Assembly (NCBI GenBank): GCA_964576755.1
Contig: CAZNUV010000005.1
Coordinates: forward strand, 2,762 to 66,761
Source of the DNA: Candidatus Woesearchaeota archaeon
GTDB taxonomy: Archaea > Nanobdellota > Nanobdellia > Pacearchaeales > GW2011-AR1
Direction of reading: 5' to 3'
Length of the DNA stretch: 64,000 nucleotides
Within the stretch, counting starts at the first letter, position 1, and each line of letters opens with the position of its first letter. The notes under the pieces are model-generated. The model was not told where the DNA came from. It saw only the letters and a list, made by a program, of their open reading frames with translations, and did no database searches. The position numbers were made by a program, and so were the translations under genes. Shown one piece after another: positions 51,654 through 61,195 of this stretch.

Positions 51654-53825
51654 TTACTGATTTTCTGCAAGACCTTTTCTATCTCTGATTTGTTTTATTG
51701 TTCTGTCTTGTAAATCATTTGGCATCTTTTTGAACTGCTGGTCTACTAAACTTGAAACTCCACGACCTTCTGTAGAAGATCTTAAATCAGAAGACCATCC
51801 AATCATTTCTGCAACAGGTAATTCTGCCTTTATTGTAACTGTTGAAATTTCTTGTTGAACATCATTTAACATTCCCCTTTTACCACTAACTAATTTTGTT
51901 AACTCGCTCATAAATTCTGAAGGCGCTTCTATTTGGTGTGTTTGAATAGGTTCAAAGATACATGGTCCAGCTTTTGCAAATGCAGCCTTAATAGCGTCTC
52001 TTACAGCAGGATAAACTTGTGCAGGTCCTCTATGAATTGCGTCTTCGTGTAATTTTAAATCAACTAAAGAAATTTTAACCTTAACGCAGGGTTCTCTTGC
52101 AAGTGGACCCTGTTTCATAACTTGTTCAAATGCATCTAAAACCATTTCAATTACTTCTCCAATATGAACTTCTCCTTTAGTTCTATCTTCAAAAACATTA
52201 CCCATAAAAACTTCCCTATATTGCCGAGCTTCATCATTACTTACCCCTAATCCAGTTAATGTTTCGAATAATATATTATCTTTCTTTTTTATTCTTCCAT
52301 CAGGGATTTCTCCTCTAGCAATAGCTTCTGAAACAGAGGCTTCTAATGGTTCAATAGTCATATAAAATGTATTGTGTTTATTTGGAGAACGACCTTCAGC
52401 AGGTTCGCTTGCTTTGCTTACACTTTCTCTGAAAACAACAATTGGGGGTGATGTTTTTACATCCATTCCTTTTTCAGATTTTATTCTATTTTCAATAATT
52501 TCCAAATGTAATTCTCCCATACCAGAAATAAGATTTTCTCCAGTTTCTTCATTAATTTCTATTCTAATTGAAGGATCTTCTTTTGAAACTTGTTTTAATA
52601 CTTCTACTAGTTTTGGTAAATCTGCTGTTTTTGTTGCTGCAATAGATTTTGTAACAACTGGTTCAAATAAATGTTTGATTGCTTCAAATGGGGTAATTTC
52701 TTCTCTTGAAACCGTCTCTCCTGCAAAGACTCCTTTTAATCCGACTATTCCGACGATATTTCCTGCATTCACTTCTTCCATTAAAACTCTCTGTGCACCT
52801 TTATAGACAGATACTTGCTGTACTCTTACATTTCTTTTTGCAAGATTCATATAGACTTCATCTCCTTGTTTTAATGTTCCAGAAAATAATCTTCCTGCAG
52901 CAACTTCTCCTGCATGTTTATCGATTACAATTTTTGTACATACAAATGCTGGCTGTCCATCTTTATTACATTCTATTAAATCTTTTCCTACTTCTGATTC
53001 AATATCTCCATGCCAAATTTTAGGAATTCTGTATGCTTGAGCTTGTTTTGGATTAGGGTGGTGATTAATAACCATATTTAGAATAACTTCATGAATTGGA
53101 GCTCTTTTTGCTAGGGCTTTATAATTTTCTCCGCCAGATTCATATGCATCAATTACTTCTTTAAAAGAGATATTTTTTCTTTTCATATAGGGTACACTCA
53201 ATGCCCAGTTATGAAATGCAGAACCAAATGCAACACTACCATCATTAACATTAACTTGCCATTTATCTTTATACTCTTTTTCTGCAATTGAAACAATTAA
53301 CTTATTTACATCATTGATTATTCTCACAAATCTTTTTTGCATCTCTTCGGGAGTTAATTTTACTTCTCTGATTAATCTGTCAACTTTATTTATGAAAAGA
53401 ATTGGTTTTACTCTTTCTTTTAGGGCTTGTCTTAAAACTGTCTCTGTTTGAGGCATTATTCCTTCAGATGCACAACATAAAACAATAGCTCCGTCTACTG
53501 CACGCATTGCCCTAGTTACATCTCCACCAAAATCAACATGGCCTGGAGTGTCGATTAAATTAATTAAAAAATCTTGATCATCATATTGGTGAACCATAGA
53601 TACTGATGCAGAATCAATAGTTATCCCTCTTTCTGCTTCATCTTCGTGGAAATCTAAGGTTCTCGCTTTTCCTGCAAGCTCTTCAGACATCATCCCTGCG
53701 CCTGCAAGTAGGTTATCCGAGAAGGTTGTTTTTCCATGATCAATATGTGCAGCTATAGCTATGTTTCTAATGTTCTCTTGTTTTTTCATAAGCGTTTTTA
53801 TTTTGGAGGTAATATCTTCACTCAT
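51654..53825 (-). CDS. fusA: Translation elongation factor 2
   Basis: AHIDHGKTT, DTPGHVDF and NKVDR motifs. The diphthamide-region His context (HEDAIHRGPAQ) is present. Confidence 0.95.
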   Translation of the reverse strand: MSEDITSKIKTLMKKQENIRNIAIAAHIDHGKTTFSDNLLAGAGMMSEELAGKARTLDFHEDEAERGITIDSASVSMVHQYDDQDFLINLIDTPGHVDFGGDVTRAMRAVDGAIVLCCASEGIMPQTETVLRQALKERVKPILFINKVDRLIREVKLTPEEMQKRFVRIINDVNKLIVSIAEKEYKDKWQVNVNDGSVAFGSAFHNWALSVPYMKRKNISFKEVIDAYESGGENYKALAKRAPIHEVILNMVINHHPNPKQAQAYRIPKIWHGDIESEVGKDLIECNKDGQPAFVCTKIVIDKHAGEVAAGRLFSGTLKQGDEVYMNLAKRNVRVQQVSVYKGAQRVLMEEVNAGNIVGIVGLKGVFAGETVSREEITPFEAIKHLFEPVVTKSIAATKTADLPKLVEVLKQVSKEDPSIRIEINEETGENLISGMGELHLEIIENRIKSEKGMDVKTSPPIVVFRESVSKASEPAEGRSPNKHNTFYMTIEPLEASVSEAIARGEIPDGRIKKKDNILFETLTGLGVSNDEARQYREVFMGNVFEDRTKGEVHIGEVIEMVLDAFEQVMKQGPLAREPCVKVKISLVDLKLHEDAIHRGPAQVYPAVRDAIKAAFAKAGPCIFEPIQTHQIEAPSEFMSELTKLVSGKRGMLNDVQQEISTVTIKAELPVAEMIGWSSDLRSSTEGRGVSSLVDQQFKKMPNDLQDRTIKQIRDRKGLAENQ

Positions 53826-53912
53826 GATTAGATATAAAATAATGGCTTTTTAAAAGTTATTATATGTTTAGAAAACAACAATTCTTAAAAATCAGGTAGA
53901 TTCTTATTTTAT

Positions 53913-54476
53913 ATGGTAATAAGAGTTACAGAAAAAACAATAGAAGATATTGAAAAGAGACTATCTACTTTAGACACTAGTTTTAATAAAATAATTTATC
54001 TTGAGTCTGCATTAAAATCTAATTTTGGAATTGAAGCAAAAAGATTTATTTGGCAGAAGATTTCTGAACTTTATGAAGAGAGAAAAATGTTTGAGAAAGC
54101 AGCAAAGGCAATGATGGGCAAGGCGGGGTTTGATATAACTTATTCGGACAAAATTGATAGTTATCTAAGGGCTGGAGAATTATATGCTAAGGCTGGAAAA
54201 GTAGAAGATGCTGAACAAATGTTTGTTAGAGCACTAAGAGATGCAAATGATTCACAAAAAAATAAAATAAAACTTACAATGAAAAATATATTTTTAGTTA
54301 ATGCTCAAGAACTCGAGAAGAATAGGAAAAGTGCAAGCTCTTGTAAATTTTATGAGAGACTTATTAAAATGAATCTTGACCAAAAAGAAAAAGAACAGAT
54401 TAAACAAAAATTAATTACTATCTATAAATCTTTGGGAAAATTTAAGGAAATAGAGTTACTTGAAGGAATAAATTAA
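53913..54476 (+). CDS. Hypothetical helical (TPR-like?) protein
   Basis: 187-aa all-helical-looking ORF. A weak TPR-like AGELYAKAGKVEDAEQMFVRAL. Confidence 0.4.
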   Translation: MVIRVTEKTIEDIEKRLSTLDTSFNKIIYLESALKSNFGIEAKRFIWQKISELYEERKMFEKAAKAMMGKAGFDITYSDKIDSYLRAGELYAKAGKVEDAEQMFVRALRDANDSQKNKIKLTMKNIFLVNAQELEKNRKSASSCKFYERLIKMNLDQKEKEQIKQKLITIYKSLGKFKEIELLEGIN

Positions 54477-54504
54477 AATAAAAATTATAAAATTAATTTG
54501 GATG

Positions 54505-54582
54505 TTTAATCGTCGTCAGAGTCGTCGTCTAAGTACTCCTCATCAAGACCATCCAATTCTTCTTCAAATTTATCTTGTTCCA
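54505..54582 (-). CDS. Possible 25-aa highly acidic micro-protein
   Basis: MEQDKFEEELDGLDEEYLDDDSDDD. The ATG is preceded by a TATA-like tatatataaaagg. The locally GC-richer codons stand out from the AT-rich spacer. Speculative. Confidence 0.25.
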
Positions 54583-54866
54583 TTTTACCCCTTTTATATA
54601 TAAAAATTGATTCGTTACATGATTTATAAATATTTTGGTAAAATGTTTTTTACTATGTAATGATAAAATTTAAAAAGCCTCAATAGCTTGGTTTTATATA
54701 AGTTTAGAAAAAGTTACTAAAGATAAGATGCATGATTAGATTTTATTAAAATCACGCTAACTTTTAACATTCACATTCACATTCAGTCTTGTTTACAAGA
54801 CTCTGTAAGTAGTATTAGAATCTTTTTCTAAATTTTGAATTAAATTAAATAAATACAACAATAAAA

Positions 54867-56033
54867 ATGGCAAAAATTAGTCCAGTTTCAATAAAATATA
54901 GGATTGTTGCTGATTTTAAATCAGAAGGTCCTGTTGAAAAACCAGATGTAATCGGAGCTCTATTCGGACAGACAGAAGGACTGCTTGGAAGTGATATGGA
55001 GCTTAGAGAATTACAAAAAGAAGGAAAAATTGGAAGAATAGATGTTAACCTTGAAAGTGTTGATGGAAAAACTAGTGGAGAGATTGTTATCCCTTCAGCT
55101 TTAGGAAGAGCAGAAACTTCAATTATTGGAGCAGCTCTTGAAACAATTGATAAAATTGGTCCAACTGATGCGAAAATTACTATTAAAGAAATTAGTGATG
55201 TTCGTGGAGGTAAAAGAGACTATATCATGGAAAGAGCAAAAAAATTACTTTCTGAGATTAATGGTGAAGGACCAGAATATCAAGAAATTGATCAGGAATT
55301 AAGAGAATCAACTAGAACCTCTAAAATTACTGAATATGGAGATGAAAAACTTCCTGCAGGAGATATTTCTGATAGAGAAATAATCGTAGTTGAAGGTAGA
55401 GCTGATGTTGTTAACTTATTAAAGCATAGTATCAAAAATGTTATTGGTATGAATGGTACTAAACTCCCTAAAGGAATCATATCTCTTGGTAATGAAAAAG
55501 AACTTACTTTATTTGTAGATGGAGACAGGGGCGGAAAGTTAATTGCAAAAAATGTTTGTGATAATACTGGTGTAGCATATATCGCTGTGGCTCCTGATGG
55601 AAAAGAAGTTGAAGAGTTAACAGGGAAAGAAATTCATCAAGCATTAAGAAAAAAGGTTAAACCAGAATATTTTTTTAAAGAATCTAATAGCAGAGAAAGT
55701 TATGATAGGTCTCGGAAAACTTTTCAAGAAGACAAACTTGTTGAAAAGAAAGAACAAAGAGAGATAACTAGTGAAGACAGGAAAGTTATCAAAGGACTCT
55801 TTTCAGAGATTAAAGGCAAGAATGTTCTTGTTTTAGATGATAAGTTAAATATTCTAAGAAATATTCCTTCTTCAAAAGTAGGATTTTTACGATTAAGTAA
55901 TGTTTTTGCACTTGTTACTTCACATGCTAGTGGAACCCTTATGTCTAATGCAGAAAAAGTCGGTGCAAAATATGTTGTTTCTCAAACATTTGGTAAGATA
56001 GAAAATAGTCGTGTAAAATTAATTTCTATCTAA
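54867..56033 (+). CDS. dnaG: Archaeal DnaG-type primase/exosome-associated Toprim protein
   Basis: N-terminus KYRIVADFKSEGPVEKPDVIGALFGQTEGLLG is the archaeal DnaG hallmark. Toprim motifs are present (IVVEGRADV and DGDRGG). Confidence 0.88.
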   Translation: MAKISPVSIKYRIVADFKSEGPVEKPDVIGALFGQTEGLLGSDMELRELQKEGKIGRIDVNLESVDGKTSGEIVIPSALGRAETSIIGAALETIDKIGPTDAKITIKEISDVRGGKRDYIMERAKKLLSEINGEGPEYQEIDQELRESTRTSKITEYGDEKLPAGDISDREIIVVEGRADVVNLLKHSIKNVIGMNGTKLPKGIISLGNEKELTLFVDGDRGGKLIAKNVCDNTGVAYIAVAPDGKEVEELTGKEIHQALRKKVKPEYFFKESNSRESYDRSRKTFQEDKLVEKKEQREITSEDRKVIKGLFSEIKGKNVLVLDDKLNILRNIPSSKVGFLRLSNVFALVTSHASGTLMSNAEKVGAKYVVSQTFGKIENSRVKLISI

Positions 56034-56129
56034 TCTTTTTATTTTCTTTCTCTTTATTTTTTATTTTCTAATTAGTTAGTAAGAACTCTCTTTACAAAAC
56101 TTTAAAAATTCTTTAATATACCTATAATT

Positions 56130-56612
56130 ATGAAAAAGAGGGGTTTTAAAGAGAAATTTAATGATAATCTTTTTTGGATTATTCCTATAGGGTGTTTAAT
56201 TATTTTAATTTTGATTGTAGGAATATTTTATCAATTTTTTTATTATAAGAATTGTAAGGATAAAGCTTGTTTTGATGATTCTCTTGGAAAATGTAAAAGG
56301 TCAGAATTTATTAAAACTGGTGGAATTGATTTTGAATATAAAATTTTAGGAAGAGAAGGAGATTTTTGTATAGTTCAGGTTAAGTACCTTTCTGGAGATT
56401 TAAGTGAAGTTGATGCTGAGAAATTAATTGGAAGGAGCATGGAATGTGAAATCCCGAGAGGAATGATTGTTTTACCAGAAGATAGAATTGATTCTTGTCA
56501 TGGAGCACTAAAAGAAGGTCTCCAAGACATGATTATCCAGAGATTGCATACATATATATTGCAGAATTTAGGAAAAATTAATTATGATGCAATTAAAACA
56601 TTTATCAGTTAA
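56130..56612 (+). CDS. Membrane-anchored hypothetical protein
   Basis: 160-aa ORF with an N-terminal TM (LFWIIPIGCLIILILIVGIFY). Several Cys residues in the ectodomain. Confidence 0.4.
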   Translation: MKKRGFKEKFNDNLFWIIPIGCLIILILIVGIFYQFFYYKNCKDKACFDDSLGKCKRSEFIKTGGIDFEYKILGREGDFCIVQVKYLSGDLSEVDAEKLIGRSMECEIPRGMIVLPEDRIDSCHGALKEGLQDMIIQRLHTYILQNLGKINYDAIKTFIS

Positions 56613-56642
56613 TTTTAAATTACAGCCTATTCTTTTTATATT

Positions 56643-57449
56643 ATGAAAACCAAAATAATTTTTGGACCAAGTGGTTTGGGCCCATCAGAACAAGCAATAA
56701 AGAATTTAGAACATTTTTCTGCATTAGGTTTACGTGCTTGTGAGGTTGCATTTACCTATGGGGTTTATTTAAAAAAAGAAGAATCAATAAAAATAGGTCA
56801 AATTTCTAAAAAACTCGGAATAAAGTTAAGTATACATGCTCCTTACTGGATTAATTTGAATTCTAAAGAAAATGCTAAGATTTATGCAAGTAAATTAAGA
56901 ATATTAAAATCATGCGAAATTGCACATTATCTACATGCAGAAAATGTGGTTTTTCATGCAGGGTTTTATAAGGGTATTGGAAAGACAGAACAAGAAAAAA
57001 AAGAAATTAAGGAAAAGACATTTCAAAATATTAGATTGGCTATAATTGATTTACAAGAACAAATCAAAAAGAATAAGTGGAATGTTAAATTATGTCCCGA
57101 AACAATGGGTAAGAAAAATGTTTTTGGTTCTGTTCAAGAAATTGCAAGACTTGTAAATGAGACCGGGTGTAGCTTTTGTATTGATTTTGCACACATTTTA
57201 GCAAGATACGGAAAGTATGATTTTGCACTTGTTGAAAAAAACTTTCCACAAAAGAAATGGCATGTTCATTTTTCTGGAATTGAATATGGTGAAAAAGGAG
57301 AAAAGCATCATAAGCTAACAGAAAAGAAATCTTGGCAAGCTCTTTTCAAAGGTATACCTTCAAATAAAGAAATAGTAATTATTAATGAAAGTCCTAATCC
57401 TGTAAATGATTCTATTGAGGGTTTACAAATCTTTGGTGGGATGAGATAA
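56643..57449 (+). CDS. Xylose-isomerase-like TIM barrel, AP endonuclease family 2 (endonuclease IV-like)
   Basis: SIHAPYWINL, VVFHAG, CPETMG, IDFAHI and HVHFS are colinear with the metal-binding motifs of Nfo-like enzymes. Confidence 0.65.
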   Translation: MKTKIIFGPSGLGPSEQAIKNLEHFSALGLRACEVAFTYGVYLKKEESIKIGQISKKLGIKLSIHAPYWINLNSKENAKIYASKLRILKSCEIAHYLHAENVVFHAGFYKGIGKTEQEKKEIKEKTFQNIRLAIIDLQEQIKKNKWNVKLCPETMGKKNVFGSVQEIARLVNETGCSFCIDFAHILARYGKYDFALVEKNFPQKKWHVHFSGIEYGEKGEKHHKLTEKKSWQALFKGIPSNKEIVIINESPNPVNDSIEGLQIFGGMR

Positions 57450-57461
57450 GGAGAAATAATT

Positions 57462-57686
57462 CTAGTTTTTCTTAATTTCTAGTTTTTTTAGGAGTCTTTT
57501 TCGATTGTCATCTATTTTAGATAAAACTTTTTTTGCTTTTTCAGAATCTAGCTTAACAGTATTCAATATCCAAAGTACCTTTCTTAGTAATTCATCATAA
57601 CTTTCTCTACGGTGTTCTCTTAACTTTTCAAGTCTTTGTTTAGTTTCTTTACTAAGTTTTATTGTGGTTATATTTTTGTCATCCAT
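57462..57686 (-). CDS. Ribbon-helix-helix (CopG-like) small DNA-binding protein
   Basis: TTIKLSKETKQRLEKLREHRRESYDELLRKVL has an RHH pattern. Start moved to the internal ATG (MDDKN). The upstream part of the track ORF is Tyr/Cys-rich and unlikely to be coding. Confidence 0.5.
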   Translation of the reverse strand: MDDKNITTIKLSKETKQRLEKLREHRRESYDELLRKVLWILNTVKLDSEKAKKVLSKIDDNRKRLLKKLEIKKN

Positions 57687-57814
57687 TTTTGAGTACAAGA
57701 TGTATACCGCAGTATACTTTTTAAGCTTTTGTGTCATTTTAGAATAATAACAGTACAAAGATTTATAAAGGGTTTTTACCCCTTAGGATTAACTAAATTT
57801 TTAATAATATAAAA

Positions 57815-59020
57815 ATGAATACAAAAACATTGCTTATCCCTGTGATTGCATTACTTGCTGTTTTTTTAGTAAGTTTTGCTGCTGCTGGAGATTTAGCTGA
57901 TGACATTTCTGTTAAGTTCAATGATATTGTTCTTAACGGAGACACAATGTCTGCAACTGTGGGCGAAACAGTTCCAGTTAGAGTGACTTTTACTGCAGAA
58001 GATGATTTTTCTGATGTAAGAGTTAAGGTATGGATGGAAGGTTATAGAGATGATGTATCTGCTTCAACAGGAAGATTTGATATCCTTAATGGAGTAACAT
58101 ACACAAAACTATTATCTTTAGAAATGCCTGCTGACATGAAAAAAACTGCAGAAGAATATACTCTACATGTATCTGTTTCATCTGGAAACGGATATTACTC
58201 TAGAGAATATGTTGTAAGTTTACAAAGGGACTCTTACGAATTTGATATTCTTTCTGTAGATTATTCTACTGAAGTTTCTGCTGGAGAAACAGTTCCAGTT
58301 GCAATTGTTGTTGAAAATGTAGGAATGCAAGAACTTGAAAACGGATATGTTGTTGTATCTATTCCTGAATTAGGAGTAAATGCAAAAGGATATTTCGGAG
58401 ATTTAATTCCTACAGACAATGGCTGTGACAACGAAGATTGTGACAAAGTTGATTCTTTACAAAAAACAGTTTATGTTAAAATACCTGCTAATGCAAATAC
58501 AGGTGTTTATGAAATGACTGTAAAAGTATACAACAGAGATTCTACTACAACTGTTCAAAAATTGATCAGTGTTAAAGAATCACAATCTACTACAGTGATA
58601 CCTGCTACAACTAGCTTGGATATGAAAGCTGGAGAAACAAAAACATTTGATTTAATTGTTGTTAATTCTGGAGATGATATCCAGATATACACAATCTCAA
58701 CTGTTGGTGGCTCTAGTGTTTTAGTTTCAGCTCCTTCTGTAATTACTGTTGGACCTGATTCAAGTCAAACTGTTCAAGTTGATGTAACTGCCCCATCTGA
58801 TTTAAGTAAAGGTGCTTACACTTTTACTGTAAATGTTGGTGGAGAACAAGTTGTTTTAGGCGTTAATGTTACAGGCTCATCAGTTTCAACAAGTGTTGTT
58901 GCTTTAACAGTTGTATTAGCAATAATCTTTATTGTGTTGCTAGTAATCTTAGTTGTTCTTTTAGTTAAAAAAGACAACAGTAGAACATCAGCTGAAGAAG
59001 TAGAAACAAGCTACTACTAA
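57815..59020 (+). CDS. Cell-surface (S-layer-like) protein with signal peptide, beta-sandwich repeats and a C-terminal TM anchor
   Basis: Signal peptide (LLIPVIALLAVFLVSFAAAG). Repeated Val/Thr-rich beta segments (GVYEMTVKVYN, GAYTFTVNVGG). C-terminal TM (VVALTVVLAIIFIVLLVILVVLLV). Codon usage is less AT-skewed, consistent with high expression. Confidence 0.6.
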   Translation: MNTKTLLIPVIALLAVFLVSFAAAGDLADDISVKFNDIVLNGDTMSATVGETVPVRVTFTAEDDFSDVRVKVWMEGYRDDVSASTGRFDILNGVTYTKLLSLEMPADMKKTAEEYTLHVSVSSGNGYYSREYVVSLQRDSYEFDILSVDYSTEVSAGETVPVAIVVENVGMQELENGYVVVSIPELGVNAKGYFGDLIPTDNGCDNEDCDKVDSLQKTVYVKIPANANTGVYEMTVKVYNRDSTTTVQKLISVKESQSTTVIPATTSLDMKAGETKTFDLIVVNSGDDIQIYTISTVGGSSVLVSAPSVITVGPDSSQTVQVDVTAPSDLSKGAYTFTVNVGGEQVVLGVNVTGSSVSTSVVALTVVLAIIFIVLLVILVVLLVKKDNSRTSAEEVETSYY

Positions 59021-59058
59021 ATCGATTAATTTTTTATTTTTTTATTTTACTTTATTTT

Positions 59059-59847
59059 TTATTTCCTTACTTTATCAGTCCTAACTATCTTTAAATTCAT
59101 ACTTTCTAGTAAGTCAATTAGTTTTTGTCTTTCTGTAGAAATCCCACATCCTTTCCAATCTATTATGACTGTTTTTGTTTTTTCAATTGTCTTGTCAATA
59201 GCTTGCTGAACCATTTCTTTTGAAATTGGAAAAGCATAAGAGGCAATTATATGGCCCATGCCATATTCTTTTGAATTCAATTGAATTTTTGTAAAATTAG
59301 GACAATAGTGCGGGCCCCCAATTGCGATTACTGGAGTGTGTTTTTGTATATGTGTTGAAACTGCTTTTTGAATTGTTTTTGCAATGATTTTTCCAGCAAG
59401 CTTGTCTTGCCATTGTCTTTGTGTTGAACCAATCTCAATAAAACAACAAGGTTTGTTTATTCTTGGTCCATGATGGGTTGCTTCTAAAGTTACTTGATAA
59501 TCTATTTTTCCTTTTTGTGCTTGTTCATCTAATATTTGGAATAGGTGTTTTAAAAAACTAGAAGATGTTGGGCAAACTACACTGTCTTGGCCACCAAAAT
59601 CTGCTTTATTCCAATTTCCAGGTGCATGAACACTGAGGGTTTTTGAATCTTTTGCAGATTGATGTTTTGTTGCAAATATAAAAAAGTTTGCATTAATTTT
59701 TTTGTCAAGGTCATCTTCGTAGATTGTTTGTTCTTCAACAAGATGATATTCTATTCCAAGATTATCAAGTTCCTGTGCAATATTCATTCCTGCAGTATCT
59801 TTTTTTGAGATAATTATTGCAAAATTTGGTTTATTCATTTTTAACAT
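59059..59847 (-). CDS. dtdA: D-aminoacyl-tRNA deacylase, archaeal type (DTD2)
   Basis: Length of about 260 aa, and the motifs SKKDTAGMNI, FATKHQS, LEATHHGP and GGPHY are typical of DTD2. Confidence 0.72.
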   Translation of the reverse strand: MLKMNKPNFAIIISKKDTAGMNIAQELDNLGIEYHLVEEQTIYEDDLDKKINANFFIFATKHQSAKDSKTLSVHAPGNWNKADFGGQDSVVCPTSSSFLKHLFQILDEQAQKGKIDYQVTLEATHHGPRINKPCCFIEIGSTQRQWQDKLAGKIIAKTIQKAVSTHIQKHTPVIAIGGPHYCPNFTKIQLNSKEYGMGHIIASYAFPISKEMVQQAIDKTIEKTKTVIIDWKGCGISTERQKLIDLLESMNLKIVRTDKVRK

Positions 59848-59909
59848 CTATAAGATTACATGGTATTTATTATATAAATATTTATAAAGATTTTAAGGCT
59901 AAGTAAAAT

Positions 59910-60134
59910 ATGCCCTATATTGAAGTAATCCCATCTCTAAGGCCAATCAAGGCCTCTGATATTGAAGCAATAGTGAAAGTAGTGTCTTCTAAAAGGAAAT
60001 ATAATCTAGGAAGATTAAACTTAAACTTGCGTGGTACTCCTCAAGATAGAGAATATGGCCTCAAATGTTTAAGAGCAATGCTCATAAAAGGGTATACAGA
60101 TAAAAAACATACGAGAACTAGTTCTTATTCATAA
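59910..60134 (+). CDS. Hypothetical small protein
   Basis: 74-aa ORF with no recognised motif. Confidence 0.3.
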   Translation: MPYIEVIPSLRPIKASDIEAIVKVVSSKRKYNLGRLNLNLRGTPQDREYGLKCLRAMLIKGYTDKKHTRTSSYS

Positions 60135-60165
60135 CCCTTAAAAACAAGCTTTATTTTAATAGTTT

Positions 60166-60438
60166 ATGTTAACAACCCTACAGATATTACTATCAATTTT
60201 GGTTTTAATATTTGGGATTCCAACAGGCCTTTTACTTGCAAGTATTACAAAACAAGAAAAATCAATATATAAGAAATATTTTCCAGTAATACTTTGGATA
60301 TTAGCTATTCTTGCAGGAGTATTTTACACTCTTAATTTTTTTGTTGGACTAGTTTTATCTTTCATTTTTATAGTAGTTTTATTTTGGAATCATGCTGATA
60401 AATTTAGAAAAAATAAATCAAAAAAGAGGAAAAAGTAA
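60166..60438 (+). CDS. Small membrane protein (three TM helices)
   Basis: 90-aa ORF with three hydrophobic helices and a Lys-rich tail. Confidence 0.4.
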   Translation: MLTTLQILLSILVLIFGIPTGLLLASITKQEKSIYKKYFPVILWILAILAGVFYTLNFFVGLVLSFIFIVVLFWNHADKFRKNKSKKRKK

Positions 60439-60439
60439 A

Positions 60440-61171
60440 ATGGTTTTTTATTTAATTGGTTTAGGATTAGATTTGGATTCAATTTCTTTAAAAGGAAAAC
60501 AGATTCTTAAAAAATGTGATGAAATCTACTTGGAGTCTTATACAGTAGATTTTCCATATGATATTAAAGAATTAAAATATCTGGGTAAAATCAAGCCATT
60601 AAAAAGAGAACAAGTAGAAGATGAATCTATTCTAAAAAATGCTAAAATAAAAAATATTGCTTTACTTGTTTATGGAGATTCTTTATCTGCTACAACACAT
60701 ATTCAGTTAATTAATAGATGTATAAAAGATAAAATTAAATTTGAGATTATTCATAACTCTTCTATATTGACTGCTGTTGCAAAAACAGGACTTCAATTAT
60801 ATAAATTTGGAAAAACAGCATCAATGCCTGCCTGGCAGGAAGATAAAGGGTATAAACCAGACAGTTTTTTAGAAATTGTTAAAGATAATCAAAAGATTAA
60901 GGCGCATACTCTTCTTTTAATTGATATTGGCTTAAATGTGAAAGATGCTTTATCTCAATTAGAAGAATCTTCAAAAAATAAACATGTTAACCTTAAAAAA
61001 ATAATTATTTTTTCTCAAGCAGGTACTGAAAAGAGTAAGATTTATTACAATACTCTAGATAAATTAAAAGCAAGGGCAAAAAGCATTAAATTACCATATT
61101 GTATAATCATTCCTTCTGAACTACATTTTATAGAACAAGAAGCTTTAGATTTATTAAGGGAAAAGTCTTAA
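60440..61171 (+). CDS. dph5: Diphthine synthase
   Basis: MVFYLIGLGL...ISLKG...L..CD.IYLESYT N-terminus and tetrapyrrole-methylase-fold motifs (LVYGDSLSATTH). Start set at the ATG at 60440 rather than the upstream track start, which overlaps the preceding ORF. Confidence 0.85.
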   Translation: MVFYLIGLGLDLDSISLKGKQILKKCDEIYLESYTVDFPYDIKELKYLGKIKPLKREQVEDESILKNAKIKNIALLVYGDSLSATTHIQLINRCIKDKIKFEIIHNSSILTAVAKTGLQLYKFGKTASMPAWQEDKGYKPDSFLEIVKDNQKIKAHTLLLIDIGLNVKDALSQLEESSKNKHVNLKKIIIFSQAGTEKSKIYYNTLDKLKARAKSIKLPYCIIIPSELHFIEQEALDLLREKS

Positions 61172-61195
61172 AAATCCTATAATTGATATAAGAAA

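Noticed and set aside
54770-54802. A (cattca)x3 microrepeat followed by a perfect 7-bp stem with a 4-nt loop (agtcttg ttta caagact, 54785-54802), about 65 nt upstream of dnaG.
   Set aside because: It could be a terminator or a regulatory hairpin. However, no upstream same-strand gene ends nearby and there is no T-tract context, so it is too generic to assign a function.
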